NCBI GenBank assembly: GCA_046563655.1
Contig: CM102286.1
Location: 15,252,001 to 15,316,000, forward strand
Length of the DNA stretch: 64,000 nt
Reading direction: 5' to 3'
Source of the DNA: Yuukianura sp. NJ FZ-2021
Lineage: Eukaryota
The notes under the pieces were generated by a model, which worked only from the letters and a program-made list of their open reading frames with translations, did no database searches and was not told the origin of the DNA. The translations under genes were made by a program, and so were the position numbers. Positions 21,837 through 34,667 of the stretch are shown in pieces (the first letter of the stretch is position 1; each line of letters opens with the position of its first letter).

Positions 21837-24800
21837 TCATCCGCTGTAGTCATTGGCTGTCGTGATGAGAGTGGCAAGAACTGAGGCTGTGTTGGACGTG
21901 GGACTCACTGCCGAGTGATTGGAGTTTGAATTGCTGTGCAGAGCAGAGTTCGTGGGGCACTTGGGCTTCCCGTGCTTCACTCGCACATGCGCATTGAGGT
22001 TGTCACTGCGTGTGTAGACACAGGGGCAGTAGGGACAGGCATAAGTGCCAGGCATGTGCACGAACCGGTGCTTCCTTCCGCGAACCAACTTCCCACACAA
22101 CTTGCACCGCTTCAAGTGCGGACTCCCTTTCACCTTCTCAAAGATCGAACCGAAGATCCGACCTGCAATGCAAAACAACCAAAGTAAACAACTTTGAGAC
22201 TGAAACGTTGTGAAAATGTTACCGAATAACGCATCTTTACTTTGGATTGAAGTTAGTTGAACTTTGACCACACAATTTAACAAATTCAGTTTTAATTCTA
22301 AAATCCCCATCCCAATAACATAGTAACTAGTAGTAAGCACTACAATTATTTCTCATAACCAAAGAAAGAGGAAGTTAGGGAAACATTTTGGCTCTAATTT
22401 GAAGGTGGGCCTCGCTTTGGTTCAAGTGGTTTGGTGATTGTGGGTGGGGCGAAGGTAGGTAGGTGGGAATGTGGTTGAACGTCCACTTTGTGGTACACTT
22501 TGAGATGATTTCTGAGCGTGGACTCTCGTGGGTACTCGTGGCTGCACAAATAGCACACGAAGCTCCTCCCCCGCCCTCCTCCGTAAACTTCCGGTAAAGA
22601 TCCTCTACTTGTTCGTCTCCCCGGCAGAAACGAGGTCAAGGTCACTGCAGAGCTGGATCTAAGCGGGAAGGGAACTCCGTGAGGAAGTGGCTGCCCTCTG
22701 TGGACATGAATTGTGTCCCGTGTCCCACCCACCCTTGTGGCCACCTTGATTGGAGTGGAGTGAGAACTGGACGCTTCCCTCCCTACGCCAACTGCAACCA
22801 ACAAAACAAAGGTTGGGAGTAGTTGAGCCACCACTTTAACAATCTAACTCCAGTTCTCACTCCAGTTCCTCACTATAACTTTAATCTCTTCTCCCAAAAA
22901 CTTAAAAACTACCAAGAATTTAACACTTTTTGTTGTGTAGTTTCATAATAAAAATGTACAAGTAAAGTTGAATGCATACCATCCTGAACGTCAAGCCCAT
23001 CCAGATTTGCAGAGCCTAGTTCAGATCCATCTTTGTCATCGTCACTTGTAGACTTGTCCTGGAATTCACAAATTATAAAGTTACAAGTAGTTATACTTCG
23101 TATTTAGTGTTTAAATTTTTAAGTAAAAGTACCAAGAGTGAGGCAGCATGTGGGTAGTAGCCAATGGAGTAGCCACCTTCATCCAACTCCTCGTCATCAT
23201 CGTCGTCGTCCTCCGCCTTGATGTCCATGTTCAAACCATCCTCATCATCGTAGTCCTCTCCATCATCTTCTCCAGCGTCTCTCTCGAGCACTGGCATGAG
23301 GAAAGAAGTAGGTTCCACGAGCGTCTGCCCACTCTCCGTCATTGAACTCACACGCACTGGGTTCTTCACTTTTCCACTCGACCTAATGGCTATCAGCCCC
23401 GGAGGGGAAGGACGACCCCCTGATGATGAAGAAATAGACACTGAATCAGCTCCTCGACACTGCTCTACTTTGGCCATCTAAAATACAAACAATATTCACC
23501 AACAATTTAAAAACAGTTTGACTTTACACAAAACTGAATTTGTATTAAAAATCTGACAATACTAAAAAATGTACGGTTTATTTGTCTGTCTCAAATGGGG
23601 GATTTTTGCCCCCGATTGGCCAAGCTATTGGTTCCCTGTTTTCTTTTTCAGTATATTTGACATTATGTGAATTCTAAAAATTCCACAACATTCTTTTTAT
23701 CTTTTTTAAAACACCAGTTGAACGGGCGAAGCCCCAGTAAGCATGCTTAGCATCCCTAGTATGTACTCTCTGGCTACTACAAAACAAATATGACCTTGGT
23801 AAGTAGTAGCCACAGAGTACATACTACTTATGGTTAAAAGATAAACAGTGGGGATACTTCCAGTGGCTGATTTTTGTTAATTTTATATACCTGCTTTCTA
23901 GCAATGATTTTATGGTTAAAAGACAAACAGTGGGGATACTTCCAGTGGCTGATTTTTGTGAATTTTGTATACCTGCTTTCTAGCAATAATTTTATGGTTA
24001 AAAGCCAAACAGTAGGGATACTTCCAGTGGCTGATTTTTGTGAATTTTGTATACTTGCTTTCTAGCAATGATTTTATGGTTAAAAGACAAACAGTGAGGA
24101 TACTTCCAGTGGCTGATTTTTGTTAATTTTGTATACTTGCTTTCTAGCAATGATTTTATGGTTAAAAGACAAACAGTGAGGATACTTCCAGTGGCTGATT
24201 TTTGTGAATTTTGTATACCTGCTTTCTAGCTATGATTTTATGGTAGTAGTCCCTCAAGTAACAATTACCAGGAGGCTTGCAATTTTCTGGGACGAAGTCC
24301 CAGCAAGCATGCTTTGCATTCTTGTTAAAAACTAAAATCGAATAAAAATCGTAACTTACGCTGGAGTCTTCGTCGCCGCTGCTGTTGGATAGTCGTCGTT
24401 TCTTGTGTCTGTTGGAAGCGTGTGTTTCAGGCGTGCGTGGTTCCGTTGTGTTGGAGGTGGGTGGGTGCGGGGCAGAGGGGTGTCTGGTGGCTGTGGCGGG
24501 TGGAGTTGGTGGCGTGCCTGAGTCGGGGTCGTTGGAAGAGGAGTCGCATCCCTCTGTGAGTCCGCGTATTTTTAAGGCCTCTGCAGTTTTGAGGAAGTCT
24601 GACAAAGTGGACTGAGAGACGTTGACCTCTCCTTTGTACATGAAAGAGAGGAGAGCCTTCATCTCCTGCCCCTTGATGTCCTTCATGAAGATGATGGGAT
24701 GTGGGTGGGCGTTCTTGACAAGGACACTTTCAAAGTAGGGGAGCAGGCGGAGAGGACTGTTTGGTGGGCCTTGAAGGTCTGTCCTTCGCAGGCCAGCGTC

Positions 24801-24904
24801 ACATCGGTTAGAGCTTCCTCCTGCAGCAGTCGGTCCATGACCTCTGCGAAGTTGGACGCATGGTTGTTCCAGCGGAGACAAAAGTGCTGGTCAATCCCAC
24901 CCAT
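21837..24904 (-). CDS. fru: Fruitless-like BTB-zinc-finger transcription factor with alternative terminal zinc-finger exons; apparent 1-bp frameshift in the BTB exon
   Basis: The BTB domain [11 protein letters not shown]...[34 protein letters not shown]...[12 protein letters not shown]...[11 protein letters not shown]...FLKTAE closely resembles Fru. Common exons: 24360-24904, ~23133-23477, 22980-23058. Terminal exons: 22394-22791 (single C2H2) and 21837-22162 (CKLCGK...HMPG...YTRSDNL, FruC-like). Orthology is from recalled similarity, not a search. Confidence 0.75.
23826..24245. repeat. ~82-bp minisatellite (same family as 17900-18450) in a fru intron
   Basis: gggatact at 23851, 23933 and onward; about 5 copies. 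Confidence 0.9.
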
Positions 24905-27798
24905 CTCACTTACTCCTGAAATAAACAATTAACTTCATTAACTTTTCCAGTATTTAGTCCAATGTACAAAAACCATAGTATTTGGAAGGGTTGACTATGC
25001 CTAGACAAGAATGTTTCCTTGGAAAAGGACTTGAGAGAGAGTGGAAGTGGTTCCTTGGGTGTGGGTAGGGTTGCCATGGAGACTCCAGGAAGTTCCCTTG
25101 GCAATCGATGGGAAGGGAGAGGGGAACCTTCATTTAAGGCTCTTTCTCCCCTCCGATCAATAAGTCCCTCCACGAAGGGTCTGGACAAGTGCTGGAATTA
25201 CTCATCCCATGACTCACCCTCTCAGCTGACTCTCACATGCGCACTCTGACCTCCTTTAAATCCACACTAACTAATCAAGTAATGAAGTACCTGAGTAATT
25301 AAGTCGAAGAGCCTTGGAGTGACTAAGTAGCTGATTAAGATGAAATTAGGACTGTAGTTGCAATTAGGAAGTGAATGGACTGTAGGTGGGTCCTTAGGAG
25401 AGTGTGGGTGACTGCCCTTCGTCTTCCGCTTCCACTCGTCTTCTGGAGGAGTCTCCCTTCATTCCCATGCATTGGACCCCATTCCAAGGGGACCACCAAG
25501 GGGCTCCTCACACGCAAACTCACTCTCCTTCAAATCACAAAATTATGCACAGAGGACTACACTGTAAGGAACCACTCAGTCATATAACAAAATCCACACA
25601 AAAATGGAAAAACACCTAACAAAATTAAGAATCCTACGAACAATTCCCCTTGTATTTCCTAAATGTTGATGCCAAGGACTGGAATTGGCGGGAATGACTA
25701 AGGAGGGACACTTTGAGAGAATGTATCTAAAAGTATTTGGTGAGAAGAAGATGAGGCTGAGTGTGGGTGGGAGTCGAAGGCATTCTGAGGGGCCATTGAC
25801 CCTGAGAAGGGAGAGCCAGGAACCCTGCTCTCTGCTCTCTCATCCCTATCCCTCCTCCGGTCAAATTCCAGCACGAGGCAAGGCAGTCACTGCCCTCCAC
25901 TCAAATGATCTGGGAGTGAAGGGGTCCAAAGGCACTCCCAACGCAATCTCTGCACCTCTTTTTGCAACCGGATAAATCCACCTGCAAAACCCCCTTGGAT
26001 GGCTAAAATTGGACAGGAGAGGGAGAGATGAGGAGGGAGGATGGCCTTCGGAACATTCAATGGGAAGATCTAACTATTTCTGTTCCTTCTCCCAAGCTCC
26101 ACAACCACAATTACGCAATTCATTCCCATACTACACAAGTGACCTTCCAAAATTTAACACTACCTTACAATACATACAATAGTAGATGCAGTCGATCAGA
26201 GAGCCCTTGAGGCACAGGTAGAGCACTTCACAATGCAAAGTACCTCATTAACATCCATCTTGAGAAGGGCAAAGGGCCCATTGCGCAACTTCAAACACCT
26301 CCATTTACTCTATTCAATTTAACCTCATTTTAATCCTGAATGCGAAACCACGGAAAGTAGACTCTCCTATTCCACTTTACGATACTCCGCAATGGATTCC
26401 ATTACTATCCATACTTAACCAGAATGTAAACCACTTTGAGAAAGGAGGAAAAAAGTGGATGGAACCATTTTGTCTAGTCCTGGCTCAAGTAAAACCCATC
26501 AATTCCACTGAATCGTATGTCCAGAACTGAGATTGTACTTAAGAATGAAGTACTTACGTGAGTAGTCCGAGTAAGTATAAAGTTGACCTTTGGGTGACCC
26601 TTCGAATGTAGTGACTAGAGCTGAGGGTGAACCTGTTGCGTGTCCAGTGACTGGAGTGTTGTTAAGGTGCCATTGGAGGAGTAACTGAGTGGTGGCCACT
26701 TGAGTCCCAAAGTGGGAGTTGTGGTCTCCCTGCCCTGTTTAGTGACAAGGCATGCCAAGGGAGGAGACTCCCTTCCCTCCTGGCCCATGCTAAACACAGT
26801 TCCAGCCAACTTCAGTCTCTGCCACTCAACCACTCTCAACACACGCAGCATTTGCCCAACTAATAGCACCTCTTAGTAATACTCCCGTCAAATATTACTA
26901 TTTTCACTCCAAAATCACCTGTTTACGTCAAAATAAATACAACCACAAAAATCAATACACATTACTGGATATAGTACTTGGGACACAGTACGGATTTAAA
27001 ATTAAATTCAAAATTCAAACTGGGATTATTTTTCAAAAAGGTTACAAAAGAAATCAAAAATGGCGCTAAGAAAAACTGGAGCTGCGAAAAATAAACTGAC
27101 CCTCGCGCTGTTTCGGAAACAATCGTTAATAAATGTTAAAATACAAAATAAACCGGGTATGAAATAAATTTCCAAATAAAGTTAAGAAATTTCGGAAATA
27201 TCCATCAGAAATTAGTCACAATTCCAAATAAATGAAACCGGGTATGAAATTTTGAAACAAACGTAAGAAATTGGTAAGATATCCATCAGAAATAAAAGAA
27301 AAGTAAGGGTTTTTCTTTTAACCGTTAGATTTTCTCATTATTTCGCGTCGCATGCAGATGCGATTCGACTTTCGCATTGGCTGACGGAGTACTTAATTAC
27401 ACAAGTGGCACAGACTGGTCTCAGCCTCTCCCTCGGCTCTACTAACGAACATACACACACCCAGTCACCCACGCCTCACAGCTGGGCATCCTCAAATCTA
27501 CAAAATTAAAAACAAAAATAAAATTGAAATCAAGACAAAAATAATAATAATAATAAAAATCAATAAAATGTAGATTAATTGAGGCAACTTTACTGGCTCT
27601 CAATAAATTATTGTTATATTTAAACTTGGTTTGAGGGACTTACATAGTCTTACCTGAACAAAATGTTTAATTTAAACAAAGTTCGGAATGAAGCGGAGGT
27701 GGATGAGATTCGGGGTGCCTAAAGTTGACCTTGGGGAAGGAAATTGTTAAAGGAAGCTATGAATAAACATTAAAAGTTAAAATTAGTGTAGATTTGAA

Positions 27799-30700
27799 CT
27801 AACCCAAGTAGAAGGGGAGGTGTTGTTCATATGGAACTTGTGTAGCTGTGGGACGCCGTTCAAAGTGTGTCACTCTGGACATGTGACATTCTGGGTCCGG
27901 ATTTTGGAAGGGCGGTTGGGGTGGGGATGGTCGCTTGGCTCTTTTGCCTCTCGTGGAGCCGGGAGTGAGTTGTCGCTTCGTCTCGAGCCCCGTGATGCGG
28001 GTCGCCTCCTCCTTCGTCTTCCCATGGACTGACATGAGGTGGGTGAAGAGCTGCTCTCTTCGCACGTACTTCCGGAGACAATATTCGCAAGTCTTTGGCT
28101 TCACTGCCACCGTGTACTTCCGGATGGCGGGAGGGAGCTTCACTTTGGCCAGAGACCGAGCCTCTTCGTCACTCAGTTTGTGGACTGACATGAGGTGGTC
28201 CTTGAGGTAGTGCTTGAAGGCATAGCCCTTCCCACACAACTCGCAGATCTGGTCGATGATCGTCTTCTTGACGTGCTGCCTCCGTTTGTGGATCTCCATC
28301 CGCTGCTTCACCTTGAACACTTTCCCACAAATGTCGCAGACGGAAGGATCCCCTGCGCATGGGCCTCTGCCTTGTGCAAGTCCAGATTGTAGCGACGTCG
28401 AAACTTGGCTCCACAAATGTCGCAGTCTTTGCTTCTGCGCAGTCGCCCGTTATGAATCCCCTCATGTTCTTGCAAGTAGGCTAAAAAGTTAACAGGCCAT
28501 CAGTTAATTTTGTTATCGAGGAAGTGTTGATTGTGTAGAATCGTAGAATATGGCGGCCCCAGAAAGCCAATCTATTCTTGCATTTTGTAATTCAAATAGC
28601 ATTGCAATTGCATTTTTTAAATCAATTGCAATTGCATTTTATTTTGCATTTCAACTCCGAATGCAGTTGAAATGAAAATAAAATTACAATAAAAATACAA
28701 TTGCAAATTGCAATTGACATGCAACGGAAAATACAACTGAAATGCAAATGAAATACAATAGTAATTGTAATTTGCAATTCAAATGGCAATAAAAATGTAA
28801 ATTGGAATTTAAATGTAAATGAAAATATTGCAATTGAAAGGAAATTGAAAATACAATGGAAATTGAAATGAAGGTATAAATGCAAGTGAAATGCTATTTG
28901 AATTACAAAACGACAAAAACAGCGTTGGCACTCTGGGGCCACCATAGACTTAAGCTTACATTTGGAGTTGAAGGAGGCCCCGCAGAGTGAGCACAGGAAT
29001 TTCTGTGCTGTTCCGTCGTGAGTGACTGCCCTGTGCTGTTTCAAACTCAGTTCGTTCACAAAGTCTCTCCCACAAGTTTCACAGGGAACACGACCAGTTC
29101 TGAGGTGGACTGACTGGACATGCGTGAGCAGAACGAAGCGACTCTTGAACTTCTTGCCGCAGAGGGGGCAGGGACGCACTTTGCCTGGAATGGGCACAAG
29201 AGTGTCGCTGGAATGGAAGTTGTAGCCAGTATGGACAGAGTGCGTCTCCTCCTGATGAACAACCCAGTCTCGGAAAGTGGGCAGCGACACTGCTGGACAC
29301 GAAGTGGCATCGCACTTGTACTCCGTAGTGATGAGCAGTGTTTTCTCCTCTTCCGTCATGTCTCTTGCTTTTCGTCTCTTGGTCACTTTCTGGACATGTC
29401 GATGAGGGTGTGTACGCTTGACGTGACTACGCAGAGCATCGTTCGTCCGGAAGTTTTTGTGGCAACCCTCTTCATCACAAAAGAAAGGACGCAGAGCTGC
29501 ATGTGTGTTCACTTCGTGCTCCTCCAAGTAGCCTACGAACAATAAAAAAAAACAAATATCACACTTTAGCTTAGCAATAGTATTACAACTAGCATGCTGC
29601 CCATGCTTGCCGGGGCTTTGCCCCAGATCCGTTCAACCGATTAAAAGTTCTAAAGCTAAATAAAAATTCAACGAAAATCTAACTTTCGGACGTCCTAGAT
29701 TAGACAAAAATTCAACTGAAATCTAACAAGATTTCATCAAGAAGAAATTTTAGGTATCCCTGAGACTTAGCCAGATTTCATCCAGAAGAAATTTTAGATA
29801 GACCTGAGACAGCTATATTTTATCCGGAAGAAGTTTTCGATATTCTTGAGCTTACATGTAAGTGTATAGATTTTATCCTAGCCTAACCTAATCCAAGATT
29901 TCAATCCTAGCCTAACCTCATATAGGAATTCGAATCCCATCCTAACCTAATCTAATCTAACGCTTCGAATCCTAGCCTAAACTAATCTAAGGATTCAAAT
30001 CCTAATAGGAAATTTTAGATATTATTGAGACAGCTAGATTTCATCAAGAAGAAATTTTCGATATTCCTGAGACTTAGCCAATCTAATCCCATCCTAACCT
30101 AATCTAATCTAACGATTAGAATCCTAGCCTAAATTATGTAAGAATTCGAATCCTATCCTAGCCTCAGCTAATTTAAGGATTGCAATCCTATCCTAACCTA
30201 ATCTAATCTAAGGATTAAAGGAAAAATTTTAGATATTCCTGAGACAGCTAGATTTCATCAAGAGGAAATTTTATATATTATTGAGACAGCTAGATTTCAT
30301 CCAGAAGAAATTTTCGATATTCCTGAGACTTAGCTAATCTAATCCCATCCTAACCTAATCTAATCTAACGATTAGAATCCTAGCCTAAATTATGTAAGAA
30401 TTCGAATCCTATCCTAGCCTCAGCTAATTTAAGGATTGCAATCCTATCCTAACCTAATCTAATCTAACGATTAGAATCCTAGCCTAAATTATGTAAGAAT
30501 TCGAATCCTATCCTAGCCTAAGCTAAGCTAAAATTTAATTCAGGATATTCCTCGAGCATTTTGCTCGAGAAATTTATTCCAGGATATTCCTCGAGCAGTT
30601 TGCTCGAAAAAATCAGGATATTCCTGAGACTTTTAGCTAGATTTCAAGGAAAAATTTTAGATATTCCTGATACAGCTAGATTTCATCAAGAGGAAATTTT

Positions 30701-33700
30701 AGATATTCCTGAGACTTAGCTAATCTAAACCCATCCTAACCTAATCTAATCTAACGATTAGAATCCTAGCCTAAATTATGTAAGAATTCGAATCCTATCC
30801 TAGCCTCAGCTAATTTAAGGATTGCAATCCTATCCTAACCTAATCTAATCTAACGATTAGAATCCTAGCCTAAATTATGTAAGAATTCGAATCCTATCCT
30901 AGCCTAAGCTAAGCTAAGCTAAGCTAAAATTTATTCCAGGATATTCCTCGAGCATTTTGCTCGAGAAATTTATTCCAGGATATTCCTCGAGCAGTTTGCT
31001 CGAAAAAATCAGGATATTCCTGAGACTTTTAGCTAGATTTCAAGGTAAAATTTTAGATATTCCTGACACAGCTAGATTTCATCAAGAGGAAATTTTAGAT
31101 ATTATTGAGACAGCTAGATTTCATCAAGAAGAAATTTTCGATATTCCTGAGACTTAGCTAATCTAATCCCATCCTAACCTAATCTAATCTAACGATTAGA
31201 ATCCTAGCCTAAATTATGTAAGAATTCGAATCCTATCCTAGCCTCAGCTAATTTAAGGATTGCAATCCTATCCTAACCTAATCTAATCTAACGATTAAAG
31301 GAAAAATTTTAGATATTCCTGAGACAGCTAGATTTCATCAAGAGGAAATTTTATATATTATTGAGACAGCTAGATTTCATCCAGAAGAAATTTTAGATAG
31401 ACCTGAGACAGCTATATTTTATCCGGAAGAAGTTTTCGATATTCTTGAGCTTACATGTAAGTGTATAGATTTCATCCTAGCCTAACCTAATCCAAGATTT
31501 CAATCCTAGCCTAACCTCATATAGGAATTCGAATCCCATCCTAACCTAATCTAATCTAACGCTTCGAATCCTAGCCTAAACTAATCTAAGGATTCAAATC
31601 CTAATAGGAAATTTTAGATATTATTGAGACAGCTAGATTTCATCAAGAAGAAATTTTCGATATTCCTGAGACTTAGCTAATCTAATCCCATCCTAACCTA
31701 ATCTAATCTAACGATTAGAATCCTAGCCTAAATTATGTAAGAATTCGAATCCTATCCTAGCCTCAGCTAATTTAAGGATTGCAATCCTATCCTAACCTAA
31801 TCTAATCTAACGATTAGAATCCTAGCCTAAATTATGTAAGAATTCGAATCCTATCCTAGCCTAAGCTAAGCTAAGCTAAGCTAAAATTTATTCCAGGATA
31901 TTCCTCGAGCATTTTGCTCGAGAAATTTATTCCAGGATATTCCTCGAGCAGTTTGCTCGAAAAAATCAGGATATTCCTGAGACTTTTAGCTAGATTTCAA
32001 GGTAAAATTTTAGATATTCCTGACACAGCTAGATTTCATCAAGAGGAAATTTTAGATATTATTGCGACAGCTATAGATTTCATCTAGAAGAAATTTTCGA
32101 TATTCCTGAGACTTAGCTAATCTAATCCCATCCTAACCTAATCTAATCTAACGATTAGAATCCTAGCCTAAATTATGTAAGAATTCGAATCCTATCCTAG
32201 CCTCAGCTAATTTAAGGATTGCAATCCTATCCTAACCTAATCTAATCTAACGATTAAAGGAAAAATTTTAGATATTCCTGAGACAGCTAGATTTCATCAA
32301 GAGGAAATTTTATATATTATTGAGACAGCTAGATTTCATCCAGAAGAAATTTTAGATAGACCTCAGACAGCTATATTTTATCCGGAAGAAGTTTTCGATA
32401 TTCTTGAGCTTACATGTAAGTGTATAGATTTTATCCTAGCCTAACCTAATCCAAGATTTCAATTCTAGCCTAACTCAGGTTTTTAGGTTAGTAAATATAA
32501 AATTTAAGTCCGGGACTACATTACATCTTCTCATTAGTTATTGTAATAAATGAGATTAAAACGGTGGATAAATACCTTTGGTTGGGAATGCAGCGGAGCA
32601 AGTGAGGCATTTGAATTTGTTAGGGTGGCCACTGTGAGCTGACTTGGAGTGCCACTTGAGTCCGAGTCTGCTGGCAAAGTACCTGGGACAGGCGTCGCAG
32701 GAGAACTGCTTCAGTCGCAGATGAACTGTCCGAATGTGGAGGAGCATCTTGGGGTGACTGGGGGCCTTCCGCCCACACCTTGGGCAGGGCCCTTTGACAC
32801 AATATCACAATTATTGGAAAAGTTGAAGGAGATTTGAAAGAGTCCTTACTTGGTTTTCCAGGAACCGGGAGGAGCGGATCAGCGTGTAGATCATATCCAG
32901 TGTCGAGAGAATGAACAGAGTGCTGGTGAACCACCCACTGCTTGAAGGTGGGGAAAGAGACGTCAGTGCAGTCTTTGGAGTCACACTTGAAGTCGGAAGT
33001 GTTGAGAAGGGATTCCTCCTCGGAAGTGGGCACGTAGCTCCTTCGGTCCTTGTTCTTCAAATCACACTTTCTCACTTTCTTCTGCTCTTCACAATACTCG
33101 TCCTGTAACACAAAAACTGTTTAGTTTGTGATTCATATCTGGATTAATTTCCAAATGGATATTTAGTACACTGCTTGCCTCGGAGCGAGTGGATTTGCTT
33201 CCCCCTTGGCTGGATCTTGTGCATCTTCTCTTCCCTTGCATCTCCAAGGGAACTTCACCTTCAAATTCTGACTCCGATGATGGGACGACGCTCTCTTGCA
33301 AACCAACCTCTTTTCCAGTCGGACTTATCCCGCCTCTTCTACATTTCCGAATCCTCTCCAACTGCCAGGCGAAAAGTATAATCAATTATCAGATTAAGAA
33401 ACATTTTTTAGTACTTTAGCAAATTAGTAGTTTTCTAACTTACTTTTTCGAGTACTAGACAACCCCGTTCTGTTGCTTGTTTCTTTCCCAAGTTCCTGGT
33501 ACTTTTCCTTGTCTGGCCCAAGTCATGTCTACTTGATGGTTCGGAATGATTGGGTGCTACCACTCGATCGTGAGTCAATTGTGTGTCTCCTGAAGGGGCT
33601 GCTTCTGTCGGAATTCCTTCCGCTTGTCCAGACTCAATTCCTTCACTCTTTCCCCAAATGACGTTCTGTCCAGCGTCGTCCAAGGACTCTGATCCCAAGT

Positions 33701-34085
33701 CACCAGTCTCCCCATCGTTGGCTTCAACCTTGACGAGAGAAGAGGCGTCCATGGAATGATTAGAATAGATAAGTTGTTTGACATAGGACTGGGCTGCCGT
33801 GGCACTCGTGAACTTGTGGTACCACTTGAGAGTCTTCCCAAAGACATGTCCACACGATGCACAGAGTTTGAGGAGAGCAGTGGGAGTGACCTCGTCCACT
33901 GGGCCTTCTCTGGACTTGAAGATGAGTTCCAGTCCTTCGTAGACGCTGATTCTGGAGTTGGGAGTGGAGTAGAACGCAACACAAGTATCCACTGAAAGGA
34001 TCTCTTCGCAATTGGCACAGCACGACTGCAGACGAAGCGACTCTTCCTCACAAGGCATCCTCTCCTTTATGTCGTCCGAATCCAT
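27799..34085 (-). CDS. ZAD-like N-terminal domain plus multiple C2H2 zinc fingers; apparent 1-bp frameshift in the last exon
   Basis: N-terminal CANC...LKLCASC. C2H2 fingers include CDACPRYF...HSKSAH, CPLCGKKF...HVQSVH, CDICGKVF...HKRRQH and CELCGKGY...HLMSVH. GT-AG introns; one ~3-kb intron holds a Helitron. Confidence 0.8.
29589..32555 (-). mobile_element. Non-autonomous Helitron filled with a complex higher-order satellite
   Basis: On the minus strand it starts TC...ACTAATGAGAAG at 32555 and ends ...TTGAACGGATCTGGGGCAAAGCCCCGGCAAGCATGGGCAGCATGCTAG at 29589, between host A and T with no TSD. Both ends resemble the element at 8601-10440. Confidence 0.8.
29720..32480. repeat. Mosaic satellite of gagacagctagatttcatcaagaagaaatttt, cctaacctaatctaa and gatattcctcgagc modules
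   Basis: Modules recur in higher-order blocks; for example the ccagaagaaattttagatagacct block appears at ~29782, ~31381 and ~32340. Confidence 0.9.
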
Positions 34086-34667
34086 CACTTCTCACGTCCA
34101 CTGAAAAGGTAAAACAAGGAATTAGCATTCACAACTCCATAAATCTACTCTTATCTTTACATTCGTTGACATTTCTTACAGATGAACACTTTGAGTAGAA
34201 GTGTGTTGTCCTTTGTCTAGTTGTGTTGTCACTCTGGAATGCACTGTAACAGCCACTCATAACACACCAACTGACTAATCCCCATCACAACATCCATTAA
34301 CCACTTCAATTACTTCAATTAATCGTGATTAATTATAAAAGACCGGAGCCCTTTGCTTTTGACTGACTGAAGAAATGAATATGAATTGTTTTTGAGAGGC
34401 AACTAAAAAACTCCTCCCTTCTATGAGGAGAAGGAACAAATTCGGCAAAACGGCGCTTCGATTGTTTGCGAACAAAATATCATTTTATATCAATTTTTGG
34501 GCGTAGATTCCGAATCTGAAATCCGTTTTTAGCGGTCGCACCTCCTTCCTGGTAAGATTAATTAATTAACATTTTAATTAACAGTGAATGCATTTCATAT
34601 GTAGAATGAGTTTGTAACCAATGGAGATTCGAATTTATTGTTGTTATATGCTAACCAAACCTAACGC

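Noticed and set aside
28580..28915. Hydrophobic C-terminal extension of the 306-aa ORF (FHLHLYLHFNF...)
   Set aside because: Read-through into a low-complexity AATTGC/AAATGC intron; the real exon ends at a GT donor near 28957.
29870..32480. CCTAA runs as interstitial (TTAGG)n telomere
   Set aside because: Only short degenerate CCTAA/TCTAA/GCTAA runs inside a Helitron-borne mosaic satellite.
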